A DNA stretch of 64,000 bases. Origin: Callorhinchus milii. Lineage: Eukaryota. A program made the position numbers and the translations under genes. Under the pieces are notes generated by a model, which was not told where the DNA came from, ran no database searches, and saw only the letters and a list, made by a program, of their open reading frames with translations. The stretch is from assembly GCF_018977255.1 (NCBI RefSeq), contig NW_024704743.1:33606001-33670000 (forward strand), in the 5' to 3' direction. Of the stretch, positions 1 through 11,600 are shown piece by piece (the first letter of the stretch is position 1; each line of letters begins with the position of its first letter).

Positions 1-2569
1 CACTTAAACTGATACCTGGAGCAAGATCGGTGGCCCCGCTGTTTGTTCCATGTACTTTGTACAGTGTTTCCTGGGTGGAAATCTGAGCTGCCCTGTTTAA
101 TTTTGCAGTCCCAGTTGGAAAAACTGCTTTTTTGCCTGTGTGTCTGAAACCTAGTGAGATGGGGCAAAACGGCTGTATCAGAATGTACACACACGTGCAT
201 CGTGCTGCGTCTGTGCGAGTCCCAAGCAATGCCTGGATTTATGAGTATTGAGTGGATATTCCGGTGCTGCCCTACAAGAGGACCTATTGTTGAAATTCAC
301 TGAAGGGCTGGATTAATTTCGGCTGTGCCTGCCTGCATTTAACATGGCAGTTTAAACCCAGGAGACTGAAGTTTCCAGTGTAACGTGAGGCTGTACTGAT
401 TTCTGAAAGAATGTAATACATTATTTTCAGCTGTACATTTCAGTGTTTGGAAAAGCTCCTGGCCCTGGGAGTGGAGAGGGAAATCATTGGGCAAGGCTCA
501 ATATTGGCAGGCTAGCATAAGTGTTTCAGTTCACTCCTGAAGCGATATTGGAATTCCCACCAAAAAATAGCTCTAAATAATTCCTTGGGCACTGCTACAG
601 TGTAGTGTTTTGTTTGCGAGTAAGAAATTAATCCGATTCACTTGTTAAGCACCTGGAAGTGTGTTTGGTTTGTGTGAATTTCTTGCAGACTACTTTAAAT
701 ACCAAACCTATTGTTGGGGCGGGTTTCTGTTTTGTGTAAACATTAAAAATTATATTTTAACATTGGCATTTTATATAACAGATCCAGAATTCAGGAAAGC
801 ACCATCTGCTGTAATGGTGGCTGATACAGAACACTTCAGATTGAGGCCATGCTTTCATTGCACTGTATCAGTCCAGACAAACAGCAGATGGGTAATCGTC
901 TTCCTGTGCCTTTTGCAGACTCGACAGTCTACACTAACGTGCAGCCCTGTTACATTCTTCTGCTTTTGTTGCTGACACTTTAATGCTTTACTGATGCAGA
1001 TTCAAGTTCAGTCCTTGTGAAGCAGAATGGTAGTAACCTTTTTGATGTCATAATCTTTTGCACTTGTTCTTTGTTTGTTCCTTTTCCCTGCATTTCTAGT
1101 TTCTTCATTCGGAGCATGGGATGTATGGCCATGTGGAGTTTTCCACTGACCTGGTCAATGCTGTATTTTGGCAGATGTGCTTGGGCAACACAGGATATCG
1201 CCATCTCATTTGGCCTTCCTCATTTTCTCTCCTCGTACCCCCAAAAAACCTGACAGGACTATTATGAATGCCTGTGAGTAGAGGTTGGGATTTTTGTGTG
1301 GTAACTATGTGCTATTTTAGATCCCTAGCAACGCTAAGAGTAGCCTAATAACAGTGCATGGCTATTGATGTTAAATGCTCTCAAGGCTCATTTTCATTGA
1401 AACATTCATTTTTGCCTTATGTAAAATTTACCCTGTGTATATATTAACCATGTGAAGAGGCTTGTGCAGTATAGTTCACATCATGTCTTCAGTTAAACTA
1501 TTAATCCCTCTCATGTGAGCAGTTGGGAGGCAAGCGTTCTTCCCGTCGAGGTCATAGACATCCTTTATTGTCCACTGTGTATTTGGACCATTCCCACTTG
1601 ATTCTTGGTTTGAGGCCAGAACAGAACCTGAATATCAATACGTCCTCTAGATTTTTAAGTGTAAATGTAGCTTTAGATCCAACCTGGTAAAGGTGAAAGT
1701 GCACTATTCACCAGTGATTCATTCTGTTGTTGTTGGAATCCGAATTGTTTATGTACACAGCTCATGTTTTTTTTTGTGTGTGTGTATATATTATACTCAT
1801 GTCAGTGTCAGTGCCAAAAGTTCATCGCTTCAGAGTTGTACTATTTTATTCCTGGAAAATCTTACATAATTGGTTACAGTGAATGTGAAAGAGTGACCTT
1901 TAGAATTCATTCAGTCAGTCAATGAGGTTGATGTAGAGGTGAAAACCACCTTTGACACAATTTATTTGGATTAGTTAGAAAAGTTTGTGGAAGATTGATT
2001 TTTTTAAAATAAGAGAAGCACTGCTTTAGTACTGTGGGATTTCCCTTTGTGTTACTTCACATCTTATAGTATTTTGTGTTGTGAATGAGTTAACTGCACT
2101 AGTTGCACATGCATTATCTTGTTGCAGTACAGTTTTGACATCAATTTCTTGACAATTGTGACTCAATTAAAATATATTTTAGTATATAAATGTGGTTATA
2201 CTTTCGTACATTGATATTGATGGGTGTTGTGTGGTTTCCCCGGATCATCCATTACGCATCAAATTACTGTAATGACTGAGGTCCTCTTTGATCTCCCGGA
2301 GGTTGGATTTATACAGTGGTCAGACTGGAGACTTTGACTGCAAAGGTTTCCTTGCAATTTCCATTTTTATGACCAGTGACTGACGTCATCAAGCACGACC
2401 TAAGGAAACTGCACAGACAGAGTTTCTTCAGCCCCAATGATTCCACATGCTGAAGTGGAGCATCTGATCTGTCACTTGAACTTTTTCCCTTTTCAAAAAG
2501 TACCACTGCCATTTCCGTACATTCACGTAAGCCTCCCTGGCCGTTCGCTCATACTGAAACAGAAGGGCA

Positions 2570-3030
2570 CAAGCTTGAGTTTTGCTTGAACATTAGCTAT
2601 GCTTTCCACCCCTCCCAACAGTCACAAGTGGAGACTCAATTGCGAGGACCACTTCCTGGCACAGTGCCAAGTTCTCAGCTCAGCTCTGCTGCTGAAACCT
2701 CATTAATGTTTGTCACCTCGAAGGGAGCTTTTTTTTAAAAATAAACTCTTCACAGACCTTTCAGCTCTAATCTAGAACCCTTAACTGATCCAGAATTCTG
2801 CAGTTCACGTTCTCTCCTCAAGAGGCTCCACGTACCAATCCTGATCAAGCCTTGTTGGCTCCCAGATCCTGGTCTGTAAATCTCTATATTCCTGCTTCTC
2901 CCTGGACCACTGCTCGTTTCCTAAATTCCATTTGATGCTATTGCTTTTGGGTCCTTAACTCTGTCTGTCCGGGGCCTTGGGACGTCCTCCCGATATGAAA
3001 GGCGCTTTACAAATGTAATTTTGTTGTTTT
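2570..3030 (+). mobile_element. Decayed L2-clade LINE ORF2 3' fragment and tail
   Basis: Frameshifted remnants of L2 C-terminal motifs (gctgctgaaacctc..tttgtcacctcg ~AAETL..FVTSR; ctgatccagaattctgca ~LIQNSA; tggctccca ~WLP); ends in gggacgtcctcccgatatgaaaggcgct...ttgttgtt tail. Confidence 0.7.
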
Positions 3031-3799
3031 TGCTTTTTGCTTGCTTCCCTGTACTCCTCTCTTCCCTGTACTATCTTATCTGTGTCTGAACCTTCGCATT
3101 CTGTGCCCTTACCCTCTGGAATAATTAAAAAACTCTAATTTGGCGGAAGTTTTCAGTGCTCGTCCATCATTTTTTTGTGTTATTTCTTCATTGTGTGCAT
3201 TGTACTTAACACACAAGTCTCATTCTCTCGTTATTTAAAAAAATTACATCCCAATACTTTTGTATAATATAGTTTTGATCAGATTTGTCTGATCCAGCAC
3301 TGTTATGGTCTTTCACCTCAGCTGTGAATAGCAACTGCTACGTAATGTGGGGAGCATGAAACCGGATGTAGTGCAGTTTGTTTCTGAACGAGTGAATGGA
3401 CCGCTCACAAGCTGGAGGTTTACCCCACATCCTTTTCCATCGCGTGTTATTTCATTGACAAGAAAGTCTTCGCTGTTCTTTGAATTTCTTTATCTGTGTG
3501 AATTGAGTGCCATTTGTATCGGTGCATATTATGACTTTTGAGGTTTTTTTTCTTCTCTCCCCTTTGACTATCAACATTTTTGTATGACAAGTTACAGGTG
3601 CAGCGATGATTTATTTACCTCCAGGGTCATATAGGGTCAATGAGTATTTTTAATATGTGGAGGAGGCTCCCCTTATTGGCTGCTTGATAAAACAGAACAT
3701 GAATCTAAAATTGCACAAGGTTTCTACCATCACTTAGCCCGACTCGGCGTGACTCATTATTCCGTGTTTTTTNCCTCAACCAAATTTGCCCCCAAATTT

Positions 3800-4045
3800 G
3801 AATTAATGCGTGCTCATATCCTACTCCTCTACCCCTGGCCTTCACTCAGCTGACTCGGGTCTGCTGCACGTCCTTCGTTCCCTCTGCTGCATGATTGGCA
3901 GCCATGCTTTCAGCCATTTCAGCTCCAAATCTCTGGAACTCCTTGCTTCAATACCTCTTGTTTTGCCCATCTTCAAATCATACAAGTCACATTGCTATTA
4001 AGCACTCAGACGCATGAAGGTACTTTGTAAATGCAAGTTGTTGTG
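3800..4045 (+). mobile_element. L2-like LINE 3' end
   Basis: attggcagccatgctttcagccatttcagctccaaatctctggaactcc (~IGSHAFSH..P.LWNS) followed by aaatgcaagttgttgt tail. Confidence 0.7.
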
Positions 4046-4119
4046 ATTTGTTGTGTAGTTCATTACTATTTATTGCTGGAGCCTATTGGCTGCTGCATTT
4101 GTCTGTGGTAGTACTAATA

Positions 4120-4422
4120 ATTGCATTTGATATAGTGTCTTATGAGGCCATCAATATATTTTGAAGCGCTTCACAGGGCTTTACCGTGAAGTATAGTTTG
4201 TAAGTGAACACGGCAGCCAGTTTGCGCACAGAAGTGTCCCAACATTCAGTCATGAAGTGATTTGTGGGATTTGTTGGCCAGGACACTGGGAGAAACTCCG
4301 TGCTCTTTTGAACAGCGCCCTGAGGAAGTTTAACATCCACCTGAATAAGCAGGTGGGGCCATGGGTAAACATCTCATCTGAAGATGACACCCCTAACAAC
4401 GCAGCACATCCACAACACTGAG
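4120..4422 (-). mobile_element. Deu-domain SINE (SacSINE1/AmnSINE1-like), partial
   Basis: Reverse complement carries Deu-type sequence (cagatgagatgttta..., gagtttctcccagtgtcctggccaac, tgtgcgcaaactggctgccgtg) and the shared SINE tail. Confidence 0.8.
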
Positions 4423-6124
4423 TTGGATTGTTTTCAAACCATGACATTTGCTTTGTTTCTAATCAGCTATATTTAGTAAATAAACGTATTTGTTTTCCGT
4501 AAGGTATTATATAAACGTAAGTTATTGTTGTAGGTTTAGGACCTAACAGCAAACTACTCCTATACAGAGAGTAAATATACAAATGGTGTTTTTATAGTGG
4601 CTGAGCACAGACTAACATGGCAGCCATTTGCACCGGCAAGGCCCCACAAACAGCAATAAGGTGAATGAACAACTAACCTGGAGAAGTGGTGGCCAACCTT
4701 TTTGGTTGGACAACCAACTGCTTTATTACATTTTTCTTTGATAATGGCTGTGCCATGGATATCACAGCTCTGTAGCTTCTGGAAACAAGGTATTGATTTA
4801 GCACAGACGTACCTGGACTTGTGCAGGTGTTCCGACAGGTCACTTCTTGACGCTCAAAGTGGCCACTACAATACACTGGGGCTGTGGCCCAGGGGCCACT
4901 TGTGATAGTCCAGCTCCCCTTCAGCACAACATTATAGAGTGCTGGCCTCATAGATGAGTTCCAACCTACATAGTGCCAATTGGAATTGTTCGTGCTTGGG
5001 GAGTACAGTAAAGCCTTTCAGTTGGGAAAGGGGGACGACATAGTTGTCTGCATTGATTGGCAAGTCATAAGTGGTGTGTGAGATAGTGGAAAGGATGTTA
5101 TTGTCTTTTACTTTTATGTACTGTGGTTTCCCTTCTCTTTCCCCCACCCCACACTCCACCTTCTGTACTATTAATTTGTGGTACAGATGACTGCCCCCAC
5201 TGCTATTATATTTGTTCCGGGGGAAATGGAGAGAGAAAGAGTGAAGGAAGAATGAAATTGAAGCTTTTAGTTTCAGACCATGAAAGAAATGGTTCGTGAT
5301 GATGCTCAGGAGGCAAGTGGGAGAGGTAAACGTCTGAGTAACACCCTGAGTGATTCGCTCACTCTCTCCAGAAATGCTGCATGTACGTATTAGTGCACTA
5401 GTAACCCACATAGTGCTTAATACGTCAAAGCACAGAGCAGAAAGATGCATGCGCTGATCTCAAAAGCAAATGGAAATGTCTCAGTGTAATTACGTTTTTC
5501 AGAGGCAGACGAGATGATTTTACTCTGCATCATCTTATGCTTTACTTGACTTGTCAGTAAATACTGACTGACTGACGCTGATTCCCAAAATGGGAAGGCA
5601 ACACGGCCAATTTAATTATCAGAGACCTGTCTTCACATTTTCTCCCACCACCATAAAAAACTCCCCCCCCTTCCCCCCAAAAAAACATGTTGACTTGTTT
5701 TCACTGAAGTTAAAAATGAGCATAACACAGTAATCGCCTTGTGGAATGAGTGTAAGTTTTCCTTTTGTAAAGGGTGCCAGGAAGTCGTGAGGCAGCACTT
5801 TCACGAATGCAATTTCCTCTTCTTTCTTTCCTCTTCTCCTCCTCCCCCCTCACCCCCATCCTGTTCCCGGAATTCTTGATCTTAATCTCGATTGTTATGC
5901 AGTGAGCCAAGCAGAAATGTTATGGGGAGTGGGGTGGGGGGGGAGAGAGAGAATGAAGACAAACTAATTTAAATTGTATATGCAAATATACTGCTTGGAG
6001 TGCCCATAATTCAGTGCTGCTCCTCTGTCCACTTGGTGCTGTTTGAAATCATAGGTATAATCCGGGGAATGAGATATTGCGGAGAAGAAGAACTTGTGCC
6101 TTTTGTGCATCAAGTTATTTATAA

Positions 6125-6262
6125 TATAATAATCCTTGCATTTGATATAGCGCTTTTCACGTCTTCTAGGTATTTCAAAGTGCTCACAGAATATACTGTA
6201 AAGTGAATTGACTATATTTGTGGGTGAAACAGAGCAGACAGTTGCATACAGCAGTGTCCCAA
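6125..6262 (-). mobile_element. 5'-truncated SINE tail (young family)
   Basis: ataataatccttgcatttgatatagcgcttttcacgtcttctag... is the reverse complement of the young SINE 3' end. Confidence 0.85.
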
Positions 6263-7689
6263 GAGCAAGTCTTGAGCTTTTGTTTTAGTGAAACTTTAGT
6301 CTAGAGAAATGCTCAATAGCGACTTTCTCTGTGACCCCAGTCACTAATTTATCTCTTGTGTTCTTGTCCTTGCCTTATGGGCAGGGGACAGTGATGGGGA
6401 ATACCAGAGTATTGTACTGTGAATTTATAACGCATGCAAATTCTTCCCGTGTAATAGACAGGATAACTATCCTATCAACTCTGGGCTTCGCTTGAGAGTC
6501 AATGGATGATATTTGACCCACTCAAAGCAACGTTCCAACTGACTGAAACTGACTTATCAATAGGGAGAAACTCCGCCTAGCCTTCTGTTTCATGTGGGGG
6601 TTGGTGGAGGGGGAAGAGAGAGAGGAGAAAGAAGAAAGAAAGAGAAACCACAAGAGAGAGAGAGAGTAACTAGCCAAGTCAGCTTCTAGTATTCATAAAA
6701 TTTGTGTGGTAACCTATGTTGCTTTCCTCTCATGCCCCCCAACCATCCATCCAAGAGCAAAGAGAAATAAAGGGGCCAGTTCAGTGACGTCTGCATTCCT
6801 GGTGTCTCCATGAATGACAGAAAAGGCTTTGTTGAGCCTAAACTTTGTAATGAGCACGAATTTCTCCTGGAGACGTGAATTAACTAGTGGAGAAATAAAA
6901 CAAAAGTTTGCATCTTTGCAGTGGGCTAGTTAAGAGCCGCAATAAAATAGGTGCAAATAAGATCTTTCATTGTGGCTCTGAGAGGGAGGCTTTTAGAAAA
7001 TGGTAATTGGGAGGTGGGGGGGGGGGGGTTAGCAGACAACCTAGATCCTTGTCATTAAGGAAAATTGGCCTGTCCGCACAATGTGCCTTAATGGAAGATC
7101 AATGAAAGTGCTTTTAATAACGGATGTGTTCCTCTCTCTTCCGATTTAACTTCCTCTGTGTGCAGACAGCAGTTAACCTGTCTCCATTTATGTGCCCAAT
7201 ATGATCCATGCATTAAAAGACAAGCAGCAGGCTCTTATTTCTGCCCTGAAGTTTTTAATCTCTGCTGTTGGCAGTCTGCTGCTGTTAGTTGGCTGCTGAG
7301 GTTTTGTGCTGTGGGCAGTTTTAGTGCACTGTTTGATGTACATATTACACCACTTGTTTTCTTTCTTTGGAACTGCTTCCAGACTGCTTTTTGAAGGGCA
7401 GTATTTACCCTTTTGGAGGAGAAAGAGGCTCGCCTCAATAGATTCTGTAGGGAATGTAAGGTCTGTGAGTCATTTTTAAATGAAGCAGTTTGAAGTTTTT
7501 TTTTGCCTCTGGGCATTTTTCAATGTTTCTTAAACAGATTTTTGAGAGATGTTGTGTTTGAAAAATTTGATTGAAAGAAAATACCATGATTGAAAAGTTT
7601 GAATTGTGTTTTACTTAGGCTATTTCACCTGCCCCTCCTGTTTGAGGTGTCTGCTTAGGAGGAGCAGCCACGCTTGATATTGTTCTCTA

Positions 7690-7738
7690 TTGTGTTGTTT
7701 TCAGATTTCCTGCATCTGCAGTATTTTGTGTTTTGTTG
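7690..7738 (+). mobile_element. Short fragment resembling a chondrichthyan Penelope-like terminal repeat
   Basis: ttttcagatttcctgcatctgcagtattttgtgttttgt resembles the recalled shark PLE terminal motif tttcagatttccagcatctgcagtattttgcttttgt; short and from memory only. Confidence 0.45.
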
Positions 7739-7791
7739 ATATTGTTCTGGCCCCTTTACCTCCTCTTTCTTTCTAACCCTCCTCCCCCCCC

Positions 7792-7794
<3 letters not shown>

Positions 7795-7834
<40 letters not shown>
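7795..7834. repeat. (CA)n microsatellite
   Basis: Direct reading; one interruption. Confidence 0.95.
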
Positions 7835-7835
<1 letters not shown>

Positions 7836-8239
7836 CCCTACTTTCCACCAGGGGTTGTTGAATAGTGGTCAGGAGTGGGAGGGTGTTTGTATTGCAACAA
7901 TGCTTAATTTTTTTTCTCTACAATTGATTTCCCTCTAGTTTTGAAAGTGTCCAGCCATAATAGTACCAAACTATATCATCTCAGTACAATGTGCCATGGT
8001 CTTAACTAAGCTTGCTTACCCACACTCCTGAACCGTCTATACTTTATCTTTCTCTCTCTCTCTCTCTTGCTCAATAGGAAATGGCTGAGAAAGTTCCACT
8101 GCGGTCAGTATCTAAGTAGGTTAGCAGGAAGGCCCAGGATTGTGCTTATATAAGTTTCAGCCGGGGTGGCTGTGGGTATTTCACTACACCAGGCTGGGGA
8201 GGAATAGATAAGTTCGGCTCCCATTTCTTATCACTGTTG

Positions 8240-8452
8240 ATGCGCTTTCAGCAGGGGTCACCTTTGAAGGAGAAAGGAGTTTCTCCTGCTGTCCTGGCTG
8301 GCAATCCTCCAGATAAAATTGGTCATTCTGTTTGTGGCACATTGTCGAGTCTGCCTGCAAGTCTGCAGTCACTACCCTCCACAGGAATTCCCCATCCAGT
8401 GCTTTGAGATATTTGAACATTATTGCCGCTAAATCAAATGCAAGGATTATTC
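8240..8452 (+). mobile_element. Degenerate Deu-domain SINE, 3' half
   Basis: ggagtttctcctgctgtcctggc...aaattggtcatt..tgtttgtggcacattg and tail tcaaatgcaaggattatt. Confidence 0.65.
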
Positions 8453-8699
8453 CATTATTATATCAGAAGATTTAGAAACTGAGGTGAGTGATAAATGAAG
8501 AAGATAGATTAGGAATGTGGTTATTAAAATGTGACTACCAGTAAAATGTGGTACCAGTAAAAGAGGATTATTTCTGCCTCAGACCTGAAGGCATGGAGTG
8601 ATTGCAGGGAAGCGTTCAACCCAGCTTGCTTTCTCCCTTTCTTTTCCTCCGTGCACACGTTGGTCTGGGCAGTGTACTGATGTCGGAAGCATTGCAGCT

Positions 8700-8900
8700 G
8701 ACCTGGATTCTCCAGATGTGCACACTTTGAAGCATGAGATATCAGGAACTATAAACCTCTCTTTTCCTTTCGTTCGTTCCTTCCGCACACTGAAGGACTC
8801 CGAGGCCAATTTGTAGCATTACCTTAGCACAAAGAGAGGATCAATCACTCAACACTGACCAGCAATCAAACCCAGGACCTTTCCTGTGTATATGGCTCGG
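8700..8900 (-). mobile_element. Old SINE of third family, degenerate
   Basis: Reverse complement ggaaaggtcctgggtttgattgctggtcagtgttgagtgattgatcc...ctacaaattggcctcggagtcc shares motifs with copies at 18575, 22722, 42451 and 54595. Confidence 0.55.
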
Positions 8901-9787
8901 GGGAGGAGAGAGGCGCAAATACAGTTTAGTGTCCTCTGAGGGATCAGAGGAACAGATGATAACTATCCACTGGAGTTTCTAAAGAGTAATTTAGGTTAGA
9001 AATGGTGGGATTATTAGGAGTCGTGTAAAGTTTGTTTTGAGTTTCTAGCAAAGTGCAGGGTAATGGTGCTGCAATCAATCCACAGGAAATGTCTTTTGAC
9101 AGAAACTGGATTTTCTACTTTTCTACTTTAACCCCCCAGCTAAAGAGATAATTTGTGGTTAACCACCACTGGAGTTGGAATGAATTCTGTTCCCTCTCTG
9201 GATGCAACATGGCCTGTGTTAATGCTGCTTTATAGTGCTTTATATTAATTTGGGTTGATTATTTGGAATTGCACTACAGGGTAGTTAGTCACAGACTACA
9301 TTTACGAGCCAGGCGGCAACACAGTTTGAGAATGGGGGTAGGAGGGCAAGAAAAGAACATGTGGTTAAGCCTTTGATTGACTGATGTGTGATGGGATCGG
9401 AAGCTGAAATAATTGCAAGAAGACCTAGGATTGTGAGCCACTCTGTTAATCACTTTTAAAGTGGTTGCAAGATATCCGAGCAGAAATAGTCCAGCTCAGT
9501 TGTGGCAGCAGCTGAATTTGTATTGAAAGCCAAGTGCACGATTTATTACGAAGGCTGACGGAGCTGCAGCTTTGCATTGGAATTCTGACTGGTCCTGGTT
9601 GTATGTTGCGTGATTGGCACTCGGTTAGTTTGTTGCTGAAGTTTTGATTATTCTGCTTGAATAATCATTGGTTTGGTTTCAATTCAAGCCTGTTGTTTTT
9701 AGCATTGCAGCAAGCCCAGATGGGAGTTGTGAAGGCAGGAGGGAAGAGACACCTTGCTTTCCTTCTCTCTCACTTTCTTTTCTTGCC

Positions 9788-10363
9788 TGTGCAGAGCTAT
9801 TGCTGTCAGCAATAAGGGAATTATTTTATTCATGAGCCATATTTGATTTCAGGATCTAAAAATGTTTTGATTTTTTAAAAAATATTTTGGTCAGCCAGGT
9901 GGTATCTGATAACCCATCACCGTGCTTAAGAATTTCCAAACCAAACTACTGAGAGTAGTACATGTGTATGGAAACTTCCATTTGTCTGTTATGTATGGAG
10001 TGTGCATTAAAATAAATAAATCTCTGCATTTGATACAGCGCCTTATCACACCTGTGGAGTCCTGTAGCTCAGTGGTTAGAGCTCTTGCTTTGCAAGCGAG
10101 ACACCTGGGTTTAATTCCAGGCAGAGCAAAACCTTGGGCAAGTTTCCTTACTCCACACGCCTAATAATAATCCCTCCAAAAAAAAACAATAATAAATTGG
10201 TCATTTTCAATCCACGACTGTTTGTGGGACATTGCTGTGCACAGTTGGCTGCCGCGTTCCGCCCAAAATATACAGTCAATTCACTTTACAGTATATTCTG
10301 TGAAGCGCTTTGAGACGTCTAGAAGACGTGAAAAGATCTATATCAAATGCAAGTATTATTATT
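9788..10363 (+). repeat. Dispersed duplicate of 50392-50975 (unique flank + SINE)
   Basis: 9788-10053 aligns nearly base for base with 50392-50656, including the identical junction ccttatcaca|cct|gtggagtcc. Confidence 0.95.
10054..10363 (+). mobile_element. Full-length young tRNA(Ala)-derived SINE (resembles recalled SINE2-1_CM)
   Basis: Head gtggagtcctgtagctcagtggttagag (A box), ctttgcaag anticodon-loop-like, degenerate B box gtttaattcc; 3' Deu-type segment; stem-loop tail and (TTA)n; several near-identical copies in the window. Confidence 0.92.
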
Positions 10364-10789
10364 GTATTAAACTATTTGCGACAGTGAATGTTTTTTAATA
10401 TAATAAATAAGTCTCCAAATAACAAACCTGCCAAGGTGGTGAACACGTCTTCAGAAGACGACGACTTTAAATCAAGCGACTCCCATGTCCAGTGGTTGTC
10501 TTCTCACTCTTCAGTGCAACTATAAATTAGTAACCTGCTGATACCATTGAAGCTACCGTTAATTACCATAGCAACAATGTAACTAATTCCTCTTTAAATA
10601 ATTTATTGGCACTAAAATATTGCTTTGTATTACTGTCAAACGTGTATGGTTTGCACCAGTGGACAAGGAACTTTCTCATATTTGGTTCCAGTGGCACATA
10701 GGATGGAGTCAGTGCCGACGTGTCTGACCCTAACACGTCTGATCCAGTGAGCAAGATTGTGCAAAATTGAGATAATAAAGATGGTGTTT

Positions 10790-11032
10790 GAGAATGAGGT
10801 AATTTGTAATTGAGAATGCAGAAGCTGATCAAATATTAAAACTTAAGAGATATTGTAGGACATTCAAACTACGTTCAGTTCGATAAATATTTGAAGCAAT
10901 TGGATAAATATTTGAAGAGTAGCCTGATAAAAGGATGCGGGGAACAATCAGGGTTTGGGGATTGGAGTGGACGGCTCCAAGAGGGTCAGTGGGTCAAATG
11001 GTCACCTTCTTGCCGCAATTGCTATGTTCTAT
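10790..11032 (+). mobile_element. CR1-clade LINE 3' end
   Basis: ttggataaatatttg..aaaaggatgcgggga (~LDKYL..KG.G) then gggtcaaatggtcaccttct...ctatgttctat, a CR1-type 3'UTR. Confidence 0.6.
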
Positions 11033-11339
11033 ATTTCGGTAACTGGTTTATTAAATGCTGGTCTTAACTTCTGTCTTTGCATAATTACCCTTGCATTTGA
11101 TATTATAAGCCTTGAAGTGATAAGGCACTATAATAATGCTTGCATTTGATTCAGAGCCTTATCAGATTGTAGAGAGTGCTTCACAGGATACCTGGTAAAG
11201 TGGATTAACTATATTTTGTAGGCAAAACTTCTCAAAGTGCTTCACGGGATTTATTGTAGAGAAGTATTTAGCGACTGTATTGTGTTGTCCCCATCAGTAA
11301 GTGAAACAATTTTGAGTTACTACCTTCTATCCCAAAAAA

Positions 11340-11600
11340 TTATCATAGCTTGGGCCCTGAATTTGATTTTACCCTCAACTTGAAGTTAGAAGCTTTCGTG
11401 CAGTGCCGATTCATTGATTGATCTAAAACATACACAATTACACTGGAGTTGGGTACGAGGTGAACCTGTCTGGACAGAGCCGACTGACAAATCAATACTG
11501 TGTGAGGAAATGTTACTGTGAGTGAGAGAGGGACATCCTTGATATCCGCCAGTTGAGTTTGAGGAGATGTACGGTTGCGTTCTGGAGGAAGCCAAGTCTG
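11340..11600 (-). mobile_element. Possible decayed L2 RT fragment
   Basis: Minus ORF contains LADIK...VLDQSMN..TKASNFKLR, weakly like L2 'LSDIK..W...GVILD..LSF..HI...K.AFFHLR'. Confidence 0.4.

Noticed and set aside
3773..3773. Single N base
   Set aside because: Assembly ambiguity after a T run, not biology.
10882..10917. Short local tandem duplications (gataaatatttgaag x2; similar at ~3045, ~8537, ~22424, ~42822, ~43510, ~58680)
   Set aside because: Typical slippage or repair duplications with no higher-order periodicity.
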